Of a stretch of DNA of 47,531 bases, positions 28,061 through 47,531 are shown piece by piece; positions within the stretch are counted from its first letter, which is position 1, and every line of letters begins with the position of its first letter. A program made the position numbers and the translations under genes. The stretch is taken from NCBI GenBank assembly GCA_964016885.1, contig CAXHJY010000019.1, forward strand, positions 1 through 47,531, read 5' to 3'. The notes under the pieces were generated by a model. The model was not told where the DNA came from, made no database searches, and saw only the letters and a list, made by a program, of their open reading frames with translations. Origin of the DNA: Eledone cirrhosa. Lineage: Eukaryota.

Positions 28061-28884
28061 TTTGTACAGTAAGAGGTGGTTAATTAGCAGTCTCGGTAGA
28101 ACGTCGGACACCATGCATTGCAGCATAAAATTACGACCCTTTAAGTTTTGTATTTTGAGTTCAAATCCCGCCAAAGTAACTTCGCCTTTCAGCCTTACGG
28201 TTTACAAACATTTTTGATTACGAACGACTTCGTAAATTTAGTCGTGAACCAAGGTTCCACTATACATATATGTTTTATTGACTCAGAGGTAAATGGTATT
28301 CGTTATCAAAATAACTGAAATATATAACGGAGATGGTACTTTTAATCCGTATTTACCAATATATAACTATATAGAGGAAAATAAAATGGAGTTCTTTTCC
28401 TTATAAAAAAAAATTTCTCTGACAGTGAGTCTCCCCATGTTTATATACTACTAAAACTCTGTGATTGCTTGCTTGTCTGTAATGAAATAAAGCCAAAAGG
28501 GTGCATAATGGGGAAATACTTTGAAAGGAAGTTGACCCTGAAATGGGAATACACATGGAATAAAACAAGTTTCGCGTAAATCGAAGCACAGGTTCCCGAG
28601 TATGGGGTTTTCTGGGTACCTTCATAAACAGAGGAAGAGAAGGATAGAGAGAAAGAGATAGTGGTTGTGAGAGAGAAGATTGAAAGAGATACATGCAGAG
28701 AGGGAGAGGAGACAGGAGAATGAAAGAGAGAGAGCTGGTGGTGTTGTATATATATATATATATATATATATGTGTGGGTGTACATATGTGTGTATGTGTG
28801 TGTACATATGTGTGTATGTGTGTGCGTGTGTCTTTGACCAGTGCATATAGATCAGACACCCACATATATATCATATATATATAT

Positions 28885-28952
<68 letters not shown>

Positions 28953-28986
28953 AATGAAAAACCACAGACCCTCCATCTCAACTCTA

Positions 28987-29023
28987 CTTTTGAAAAGCAG
29001 AAGAACTGCGAAACCGGTAAAGG
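28987..29023 (+). ncRNA. Degenerate minimal hammerhead
   Basis: CTT-TTGAAAA-GCAG-aagaa-CTGC-GAAA-CCGG-TA-AAG. All three stems pair and the core has two substitutions. Confidence 0.5.
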
Positions 29024-29154
29024 AACCAAATAAATATATATATTTTTTAAGAAAATAAGACTCCAGTTGCATTTTCGATTTCATCTCTTTTTCTTTATAC
29101 TTTCACTCGTGTAGGACACCTCGGTTATTTTTTATTTTGTAAAAAAAACCTCAC

Positions 29155-29201
<47 letters not shown>

Positions 29202-29538
29202 CATACATATATAAGTATGAATATATATATATATATGAATATATATATATATATTTATACATATATATGCACACACATAAATATATATGTTTATAAGTAT
29301 ATATATAAATATATATATATATGTATACATATATATGCACACACATACATATATATGTATATAAGTGTATATATATATATATATATATATATTTATTTAT
29401 ACATAAACATATATATGCACACACACACATATATATGTATGTATACAAACACCTCCAATTATATATATCTGTACAAACACACCCATTTATATATATGTAT
29501 ACAAACACACCCATTTTTATATATATACATACAGACAC

Positions 29539-29598
<60 letters not shown>

Positions 29599-29983
29599 GC
29601 CGTCCAGTTTCATTTCACATTATATACATGTCTGTATATTTTTGATATTTAAAAATTATTTTTAAGTGAAGATGATTTAAAAAAAATATTTTGAAGTGAT
29701 CGGACCCAACGGGTCCGTAATGGTTTAGTGTTATATAAAGTTAGTATATTTGTTAACATATATTTTCATATACATCTCTAGTATAGAAATAGTATTATCC
29801 TCCAAACAGATGACTGAAGAATACTTTAAATTCAATGACGATTTATTTCACAATGTAAATATACACAGTGAGAGGGTTAAAGAACAAAGACAGCGTCTTA
29901 CATGGATGTTGTGTATGTATGATTCTAACGGTATGTAAAAGGTAAACAGAAATAACAACACAGTCGGTACACTGCTTACTAAT

Positions 29984-30891
29984 GTGTTCGAACACGGAAA
30001 TGCCGAACTCCCACTGTCATCGCTTCCATCTCTCTCGCCCTCCCCATCTCTCATGTCCGAACACGGAAGAGCCGAACTCCCACTGTCATCGCTTCCATCT
30101 CTCTCGCCCTCCCCATCTCTCATGTCCGAACATGGAAGAGCCGAACTCCCACTGTCATCGCCTCCATCTCTCTCGCTCTCCCCATCTCTCGCGTACACCA
30201 GGTCCGAACATGGAAGAGCCGAACTCCCACTGTCATCGCCTCCATCTCTCTCGCCCTCCCCATCTCTCACGTACACCAGGTCCGATCACGGAAGAGTCGA
30301 AGTCCCACTGTCATCACCTCCATCTCTCTCGCCCTCCCCATCTCTCACATGTACACCAGGTCCGATCACGGAAGATCCGAACTCCCACTGTCATCACCTC
30401 CATCTCTCGCTCTCCCCATCTCTCACGTACACCAGGTCCGAACACGGAAGATCCGAACTCCCACTGTCATCGCCTCCATCTCTCTCGCTCTCCCCATCTC
30501 TCACGTACACCAGGTCCGAACACGGAAGATCCGAACTCCCACTGTCATCGCCTCCATCTCTCTCGCTCTCCCCATCTCTCACGTACACCAGGTCCGAACA
30601 CGGAAGATCCGAACTCCCACTGTCATCGCCTCCATCTCTCTCGCTCTCCCCATCTCTCACGTACACCAGGTCCGAACACGGAAGATCCGAACTCCCACTG
30701 TCATCGCCTCCATCTCTCTCGCTCTCCCCATCTCTCACGTACACCAGGTCCGATCACGGAAGAGCCGAACTCCCACTGTCATCGCCTCCATCTCTCTCGC
30801 CCTCCCCATCTCTCACGTACACCAGGTCCGAACACGGAAGAGCCGAACTCCCACTGTCATCGCCTCCATCTCTGTCGCTCTCCCCATCTCT
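29984..30891. repeat. 78-bp GC-rich minisatellite, 12 units (first two are 69 bp)
   Basis: GT(C/T)CGA anchors at 29986, 30055, 30124, 30202, 30280, 30360, 30436, 30514, 30592, 30670, 30748 and 30826. Confidence 0.98.
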
Positions 30892-31058
30892 AGGTACTGT
30901 GAGCAAATGGGGTCCCACGTGCTGGCCGCCCCACGGCCTCGGCTGACAGAATGGAGAAGGCGTTTCCCCGGAGGATAGTAAAAGGAGATGCGCTGTAAGA
31001 TCCATTCCATCTCGCGAGGCTCGCACCTGCGGCTGGCCAGCTTGTCTAGAACTGACTC
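30892..31058 (-). mobile_element. CRE-like (RLE) non-LTR retrotransposon, ORF C-terminal fragment
   Basis: Minus strand DKLASRRCEPREMEWILQRIS / TILRGNAFSILSA (one frameshift) matches the QRxSxxxxRGNA motif that ends CRE-clade ORFs. Confidence 0.65.
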
Positions 31059-31782
31059 TTGTGCAAATTAAAAGTAATCATAATTATTTCTGAACTATTT
31101 TGGGTTCTTTCAATTATAAAGAACAAGTTTTGTATAATAAATTTCTTCTAAACTTAATTACGACTAAAATTAATTTCTATTCAAATAACTTTTAAATAAA
31201 AATGATATTTTTACTAAAATTATTTTAATCAAGAATATTTTATGAAATTCCGCAGACATGGCTAGGAAAATCTACAATAATTTTAATAATGAATAGGAAC
31301 AGCGGATTAAGTACTTTAATTAGAAAATGCGAACTATGATGCAGGAATCAGGGTCATGAGTCGGGTCAACTAGAATTTAATGGCGTGAGTTTAGTAATCC
31401 ACACATCGTACGATAGAAGGATATAAAATACATTTTAGGTCAAACCTTGTCTAAAGGATTAAAGTGTAGCGAGATGTTAAAGATACCTAAAGGATCAAGC
31501 TAATCAACTTCATATAGTAAGTATGGTGGTGGTCGTAGTTGTGGTGGTAGGATAATCTTCTTGAAACTCAGGTGATGTCTTGTCTTAAAACTGTACATGT
31601 CAAAATATTTAACAGCATCTTATAGTTCGAATATTATTAACATACAAAATCCCCAAGGAGATGTATTGCTGATTTAATGATGAGCAGTATTATTGATTTG
31701 GAAGGATTTAAGCTAGAAATGCACATTAAAATGATTTGACAAATTCTATTAGATATTTGAAATACGGTAAAAAGGGCTAGAG

Positions 31783-32070
31783 CAGTGGTTCCCAAACTAG
31801 GTTCCGCGGTCTCCTTAGCCAAATTTTCATGGTATACTGTGATTGAAGTTTTAAATCTAGGAAGCAATTTTTCTTGAATAAACCTCTTTAAAAAGCATTG
31901 AACATGATAGCAGTTTTGGGCATTTTGATACTACTCAAATGATATCATTGTAGAATTATGCATTTCATAAAAGTTTGTCTTTGAACATTTTTGGAAATGC
32001 TGCCATAATATGCCAAAAAATGGTAAGGAGGACCGCCGAGAAAAAAATTGGAAAAGTTTAGGAACCACTG
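31783..32070. mobile_element. hAT (Charlie-like) MITE
   Basis: TIRs CAGTGGTTCCCAAACT / AGTTTAGGAACCACTG. CTAGAG lies on both flanks (degenerate TSD). Confidence 0.8.
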
Positions 32071-32154
32071 ACTAGAGTTATGTTTTATAATTTATGTTAC
32101 CACATTTTAATGAAGTAAATACTGATTATTAAAAGCGAACAACGAAAAGGAACG

Positions 32155-33300
32155 TAAAATCTGTCCAGTGATACTTTCCTGAGACATTCTAACCACATGC
32201 CCAGATTATCGAAACTATAATCTCTCAATTCGGAGAAGTAGCGACGCTACCTCGAGTAACTCTCTCATCTCCGAGCTACAAATGTGTCCAGTGATTATCT
32301 TATGAGACATTCTAACCACATGGCCATAGTATCGAAGCTCCGATCTCTCAATTCGGAGAAATAGCAGTTCTACCTGGAGTAACTCTGTGATCTACTAGAT
32401 ACAAATCTGTCCAGTGATTCTATCCAGTGACATTCTAACCACATGGCCATAGTATCGAAGATATGATCTTTCGATTCGAAGACGTAGCGGCTCTACCCCG
32501 AGTGAGACTCTGAGCTCCGGGCTACAAATCTGTCCAGTGATTCTATCCAGTGACATTCTAACCACATGGCCATAGTATCGAAGCTATGATCTTTCGATTC
32601 GAAGGCGTAGCGGCTCTACCCCGAGTGAGACTCTGAGCTCCGGGCTACAAATCTGTCCAGTGATTCTATCCAGTGACATTCTAACCACATGGCCATAGTA
32701 TCGAAGCTAGGGTCTTTCGATTCGAAGGCGTAGCGGCTCTACCTGGAGTGAGACTCTGATCTCCGAGCTACAAATCTGTCCAATGATTCTATCCAGTGAC
32801 ATTCTAACCACATGGCCATAGTATCGAAGCTAGGGTCTTTCGATTCGAAGGCGTAGCGGCTCTACCTGGAGTGAGTCTCTGATCTCCGAGCTACAAATCT
32901 GTCCAGTGATTCTATCCAGTGACATTCTAACCACATGGCCATAGTATCGAAGCTAGGGTCTTTCGATTCGAAGGCGTAGCGGCTCTACCTGGAGTGAGTC
33001 TCTGATCTCCGAGCTACAAATCTGTCCAGTGATTCTATCCAGTGACATTCTAACCACATGGCCATAGTATCGAAGCTAGGGTCTTTCGATTCGAAGGCGT
33101 AGCGGCTCTACCTGGAGTGAGTCTCTGATCTCCGAGCTACAAATCTGTCCAGTGATTCTATCCAGTGACATTCTAACCACATGGCCATAGTATCGAAGCT
33201 AGGGTCTTTCGATTCGAAGGCGTAGCGGCTCTACCTGGAGTGACTCTCTGATCTCCGAGCTACACACTTTATCGAGTAACGTTACTCCAAAGACCCTATC
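32155..33300 (-). repeat. 123-bp tandem array (9 units) derived from RTE LINE ORF2
   Basis: Units start at 32161, 32284, 32407...33145. The unit translates CSSEIRDSLQVEPLRLRIERP*LRYYGHVVRMSLDRITGQI, with upstream GVTLLDKV. Homologous to 11455-11580. Confidence 0.95.
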
Positions 33301-33324
33301 GGCGCCTATATATATATATATATA

Positions 33325-33371
33325 CTCTTTTACTTGTTCCAGCCATCCGGCTGAGGCCATGCTGGGGCACC
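33325..33371 (-). mobile_element. Isolated LINE/SINE 3' tail
   Basis: Matches 9333 and 16888. Confidence 0.7.
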
Positions 33372-33541
33372 TCCCTTAAATATATATATATGTGTGTATG
33401 TATATATATATATGTGTGTGTGTGTATACGTGTGTGTGTATGTATTACAAAAAACCCTGAATATATATATATATAATAATAGTAAGATCCCGTTAAGGGT
33501 GAAAGCAGATATTTTTGCTCAAACTTTAATCTGTTATTTTA

Positions 33542-33629
<88 letters not shown>

Positions 33630-33669
33630 GACATTAAACAAATGGAGACTATATTTATAAAACCATATT

Positions 33670-33735
33670 TATTTCATTATACATATTTCAGGGATACCAT
33701 ATTAAAAATATGGCATGCCTTCGTCAGATAAAATA
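33670..33735 (-). ncRNA. Hammerhead ribozyme (antisense arm copy)
   Basis: Exact reverse complement of 33875-33940. Confidence 0.85.
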
Positions 33736-33874
33736 CAATATATAAACAGTTTTATAAATAATTTTGACGTACCATAAATATAAGCGACCATTAAATTAGG
33801 AGCCAGCCTCCTAATTTAATGGTCGCTTATATTTATGGTACGTCAAAATTATTTATAAAACTGTTTATATATTG

Positions 33875-33940
33875 TATTTTATCTGACGAAGGCATGCCAT
33901 ATTTTTAATATGGTATCCCTGAAATATGTATAATGAAATA
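33875..33940 (+). ncRNA. Hammerhead ribozyme, type I, family H1
   Basis: TATTTTAT-CTGACGA-AGGCATGCCATA tttttaa TATGGTATCCCT-GAAA-TATGTA-TA-ATGAAATA. Confidence 0.85.
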
Positions 33941-34067
33941 AATATGGTTTTATAAATATAGTTTCCATTTGGTTAATATCGTATATCTACTCCAAAAACT
34001 TGTCGAGTGCTTTATATCGGTTATAAAACATTTACTTGTTGTAACCCAACAATTTTAAATAAAACTT

Positions 34068-34132
<65 letters not shown>

Positions 34133-34355
34133 AGTGAGATCAAACATACAGACGTTGTACACAGTGAATCTTTTTGTAGTTCAAAATTGTATGTATATAT
34201 CCATATACGCATACGTATATATACGTAACCATACATACTCACTCACACACACATACACACAAACACAAACACACATATATATATACATATATACACACAC
34301 ATATATGTGCATACATACATATTATTATTACCGTATATATGTGTGTGCGTATATA

Positions 34356-34390
<35 letters not shown>

Positions 34391-34429
34391 TTTTTTTTTA
34401 TTTATATATATATATAATATTTTTTTTTT

Positions 34430-34473
<44 letters not shown>

Positions 34474-34549
34474 TTATTTTTTTTTTATTTATATATATAT
34501 ATAAATATATATATATAGATATATATACATATATATATATATATATTTC

Positions 34550-34584
<35 letters not shown>

Positions 34585-34617
34585 CAAGTATGTTTTGAAA
34601 AAGTGAGCAGGTTTGAA

Positions 34618-34830
34618 ATTCGAAAATAGAATAGCTTTCACCGTACTTTTGACTAAAGGAATTTTAGCCTGATATTGGGGTTTAGAACGAACCCTCAGAT
34701 AAATGGGAAAAGATGACCATTGACGCACATGTACGTCATCTTTTTCCATTTATCTGAGGGTTCTAAACCCCGATATCAGGCTAAAATTCCTTTAGTCAAA
34801 AGTACGGTGAAAGCTATTCTATTTTCTAAT
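34618..34830. repeat. Palindrome (about 95-bp arms) between TA tracts
   Basis: GAAAATAGAATAGCTTTCACCGTACTTTTGACTAAAGG is mirrored. The peptide [19 protein letters not shown] appears in ORFs on both strands. Confidence 0.95.
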
Positions 34831-34834
34831 ACAT

Positions 34835-34838
34835 ATAA

Positions 34839-34895
<57 letters not shown>

Positions 34896-34897
34896 TG

Positions 34898-34928
<31 letters not shown>

Positions 34929-35033
34929 GTATATGTATATATATGTATATATATATGTATATATATATATGTATATATATATGTATATATATATATGTAT
35001 ATATATATGTATATATATGTATATATATATATG

Positions 35034-35080
<47 letters not shown>

Positions 35081-35145
35081 GTATATATATGTATATATAC
35101 ATATATGTATATATGTATGTATATATATATATATATATATGTATG

Positions 35146-35226
<81 letters not shown>

Positions 35227-35249
35227 GTATATATATATATATATATGTG

Positions 35250-35300
<51 letters not shown>

Positions 35301-35323
35301 GTATATATATGTATATATATATG

Positions 35324-35387
<64 letters not shown>

Positions 35388-35395
35388 TATGTATG

Positions 35396-35426
<31 letters not shown>

Positions 35427-35431
35427 GTATG

Positions 35432-35476
<45 letters not shown>

Positions 35477-35477
35477 G

Positions 35478-35524
<47 letters not shown>

Positions 35525-35677
35525 GTATATATATATATGTATATATATATATGTATATATATGTATATATATATATGTATATATATGTATATATATATAT
35601 GTATATATATATATGTATATATATGTATATATATATATGTATATATATATATGTATATATATGTATATATATATATG

Positions 35678-35732
<55 letters not shown>

Positions 35733-35911
35733 GTATATATATGTATATATATATATGTATATATATGTATATATATATATGTATATATATATATGTATAT
35801 ATATATATGTGTATATATATATATGTGTATATATATATATGTATATATATATATGTATATATATATATGTATATATATATATGTATATATATATATGTAT
35901 ATATATATATG

Positions 35912-35942
<31 letters not shown>

Positions 35943-35962
35943 GTATATATATGTATATATAT
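34835..35962. repeat. (TA)nTG irregular microsatellite
   Basis: Directly visible. Confidence 0.98.
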
Positions 35963-38010
<2,048 letters not shown>

Positions 38011-38524
38011 ACTTTGGATGTATATATAGGGTGACTTTGGACATCCTGCAGGACTAAAAACAAAACCTGTCAAAGGGCAAAGGAGCTCTTAAGAGTCAAT
38101 GGCCATCCAAAATCAGTGGGAGAGATGACCCCTTAGCCTTTGTCAAGGCAGAATTCTAGGAGAAGGAAAACTCTGATATAACACCTGCAACCCTGATGGT
38201 ATCCAATGATGTTGACTTGTTCTTCTTTTTGGTAAATATCATCTTGGTTAAGAGAGTGGGACTGGCTTTGTGCAGTGCCTTTGCTCACTATAAAAGCTTC
38301 ACGGCACAGGCATTGCTTTGTATCTGGAGATCTCTCTGCACTTGTCGTCACATGGTACCAAGGGCAAAGCACTATGTGTCAATGATTGTCACAAGTGTAG
38401 TGTTTGTACCAGAGTTTTCAAGTCGCTGGCTGGACTAAAAAGTCACTCGTTCAGCGCATCGGTAGGGGTTCTCCTACATTGATATAAAGTAGTGGCCGTA
38501 CTCGAAAACGAGTTGGCAGCCACC

Positions 38525-44718
<6,194 letters not shown>

Positions 44719-45179
44719 AGTTGTTTCATGACTGCAGACAACAGAACTTTCTAATGTATCACAGATCAGCTGAGTGTGGAGCGATGGAGTTGGAGGAAAT
44801 GAGATGTCAAAGATCAACAATGTTTTGGGGTACAAGAGACATGTATGTGTGTTTGGGTGTGTGATGATTGTGTAACCCATGCTAGCATGGAAGGTTAACA
44901 TTAAAGGACAATTATGATGATATATGTATACATTATAAATATATATATATATATATATTAAAACCTACTACAGCCAGTAGGCATCTCTAACGAAATACAC
45001 CCCGTCCCACCACCCACCACCCCCCACCCCATCCACACCACCCCGTTCTATGTAAAGTTATGTTGGTGCCGCGCCATCCAGGCCGAAACAAATGAGATCG
45101 TGTAGGTGTCACGACAAAAAACACACAGTCCACGCTGTAATGTGGCCGTGTAGGCAACACGGTAAAAACCTCCCAGACC

Positions 45180-45346
45180 CACACTGTAAATGTGGTTGAT
45201 GTTAGGAAGGGCATCCAACTGTAGAAAACCTGCCAGACAGTCCTACGCGAGCAAGACAATCACTCTTGCCTCAAGTGGGACTACGCCCGTCCAAACCCAT
45301 GCAAGCGTGGAACACGGACGTTAAACGTTGATGATGATGATGATGA
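45180..45346 (+). mobile_element. SINE family C 3' part with RTE-type (GAT)n tail
   Basis: GTGGTTGATGTTAGGAAGGGCATCCAACTGTAGAAAACC...CCCATGCAAGCGTGGAACACGGACGTTAAA..(GAT)n. A decayed second tail lies at ~44875-44921. Confidence 0.75.
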
Positions 45347-45371
45347 TATAAATATATATAAATATATATAA

Positions 45372-45432
<61 letters not shown>

Positions 45433-45433
45433 A

Positions 45434-45466
<33 letters not shown>

Positions 45467-45660
45467 AATATATATAATTATATATAAATATATATATATA
45501 TATATTTATAAATATATATAAATATATATTTATAAATATATATAAATATATATAAATATATATAAATATATATTTATAAATATATATAAATACATATTTA
45601 TAAATATATATAAATATATATAAATAAATATATATAAATATATATAAATATATATATATA

Positions 45661-45692
<32 letters not shown>

Positions 45693-45716
45693 AATATATA
45701 AATATATATATATATT

Positions 45717-45747
<31 letters not shown>

Positions 45748-45921
45748 ATATATATTTTGATCATGCCTTTATTTTTAAATTTTCTCATTCCTTGTATTTT
45801 CATCATGCTTTATTTTTATTTATTGTTTATTATATCTTTGTCTTTATTTGTTAATTTTTCATTCGCACCGTTTCCTTTCGCTATATGTCTCTCCACCACT
45901 CCCCTACACACCTTTTGAACT

Positions 45922-45957
45922 CTCACCTGAAGAAGGGCTTATGCCGGAAACGTTGTC
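45922..45957 (+). ncRNA. Minimal hammerhead-like motif in a pLTR-like segment
   Basis: CAC-CTGAAGA-AGGGCTTATGCCG-GAAA-CG-TT-GT, followed by AATAAA and a TA tract. Confidence 0.5.
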
Positions 45958-46044
45958 CCCCACCTACCCCCCACTCTCCTGAGCGTGAATTTAATAAACA
46001 ATTGTCGTACGGCCTCTCTGTTCTGTCCCTGTTCCACTTTTCAT

Positions 46045-46124
<80 letters not shown>

Positions 46125-46154
46125 AATATATATATATATAAGTATATATATATA

Positions 46155-46426
<272 letters not shown>

Positions 46427-46481
46427 TATATATATATATATATATAATATAAGATCAAAAGATGGTTAAAGGAGTTCAATA

Positions 46482-46552
46482 TATTTTATTATGCGCATTT
46501 CAAAAACAAACATCATCAAACAATAATATTTGTGTTTTCATCAGATAAAACA
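46482..46552 (-). ncRNA. Hammerhead ribozyme (antisense arm copy)
   Basis: Reverse complement of 46675-46745. Confidence 0.88.
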
Positions 46553-46674
46553 GGAGAACATGATATGAAGGCTAAAAAAACACTTGTTGATAGTGCAGTT
46601 TTAAATCAACATATATGTTGATTTAAAACTGCACTATCAACAAGTCTTTTTTTAGCCTTCATATCATGTTCTCC

Positions 46675-46745
46675 TGTTTTATCTGATGAAAACACAAATA
46701 TTATTGTTTGATGATGTTTGTTTTTGAAATGCGCATAATAAAATA
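46675..46745 (+). ncRNA. Hammerhead ribozyme, type I, intact core
   Basis: TGTTTTAT-CTGATGA-AAACACAAATATTATT gttt GATGATGTTTGTTTTT-GAAA-TGCGCA-TA-ATAAAATA. Stem III is the palindrome ATGCGCAT. Confidence 0.88.
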
Positions 46746-47194
46746 TATTGAACTACTTTAACCATCTTTTGATCTTATATTATGCATACTCCAGTCCCAC
46801 AAACTGTAGAGTGCTTCTTATCCGATATCTGCATTGCTTTATTGTACTACAATAAAACTCACCTCCTACATATATATATATATATATATATGTACAGCAA
46901 ACCAGTATCTTATAATCGATCTTATCTGAACATGTCCAATTGAGAAGAGTGTTAACAACCAACGAAACCTTACACATTGATATTTCCTACATAGTTACAT
47001 TAATTCACTTACATCCAGAGCGATAAACCTACATATATATATTTGTTCTAGTTTTTACTCGGTCGTCACTATCTTGGGCTCATCTAAAGTTGTATCATGC
47101 CCTCCATCTATCGGCATATTTTATGCTACCTGCCACATTTACCTTTATCTCGTTCATTGGCCGCCTAACATACGTACTCTCTTTCTTTCTTTCT

Positions 47195-47229
<35 letters not shown>

Positions 47230-47395
47230 CTTCCTTCTATCTCTCTGTATCTCGATATATATATACACATATATGTACAGAGAGAGAGAGATAGCTTTCT
47301 CTCTATATATATATGTGTGTCCATATATATTACATATTTCTTCATATATATATATATATATATATATATACCTATATATATTACACATATTTCTT

Positions 47396-47426
<31 letters not shown>

Positions 47427-47531
47427 TACACATATTTCTTTATATATATATATATATTACACATATTTATTTATATATATTACATATTTATTTATATATA
47501 TATATATAAAGGCAAAATTCCGTTATAACGA

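Larger units (their letters stand above)
33628..33982. repeat. Near-perfect palindrome (175-bp arms, 5-nt loop), inverted pLTR-like unit
   Basis: Arms 33628-33802 and 33808-33982, loop CCAGC, about 3 mismatches near the outer ends. Confidence 0.97.
46444..46783. repeat. Spacer-less palindrome (170-bp arms)
   Basis: Centre CAACATA|TATGTTG at 46613/46614, about 2 mismatches. Confidence 0.97.

Overview
AT-rich, repeat-saturated eukaryotic non-coding DNA. It is most likely cephalopod (octopus-like), inferred from SINE sequences recalled from memory and not verified by search. Roughly a third to a half of the window is (TA)n-derived microsatellite, and nearly all long ORFs in the track (YIYI..., THSL..., poly-V/F) are repeat artefacts. 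I find no convincing host protein-coding gene, rRNA, tRNA or CRISPR array. The non-microsatellite islands are mostly retroelement debris: about 14 copies of one tRNA-derived SINE, two other SINE families, 3' ends of RTE, CR1-group and CRE-like LINEs, Penelope-like fragments and a hAT MITE. Three tandem arrays are present: a 107-bp satellite with a 4-mer higher-order repeat, a 78-bp array behind a CRE-like ORF end, and a 123-bp in-frame array amplified from RTE ORF2. The most striking signal is a dense set of minimal type-I hammerhead ribozyme motifs (CUGANGA...GAAA...NUH with a short or palindromic stem III). Two of these loci are near-perfect 340-355 bp palindromes flanked by TA tracts, so both strands encode the ribozyme. 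This fits non-autonomous Penelope pLTR fold-backs or retrozyme-like units that target (TA)n.
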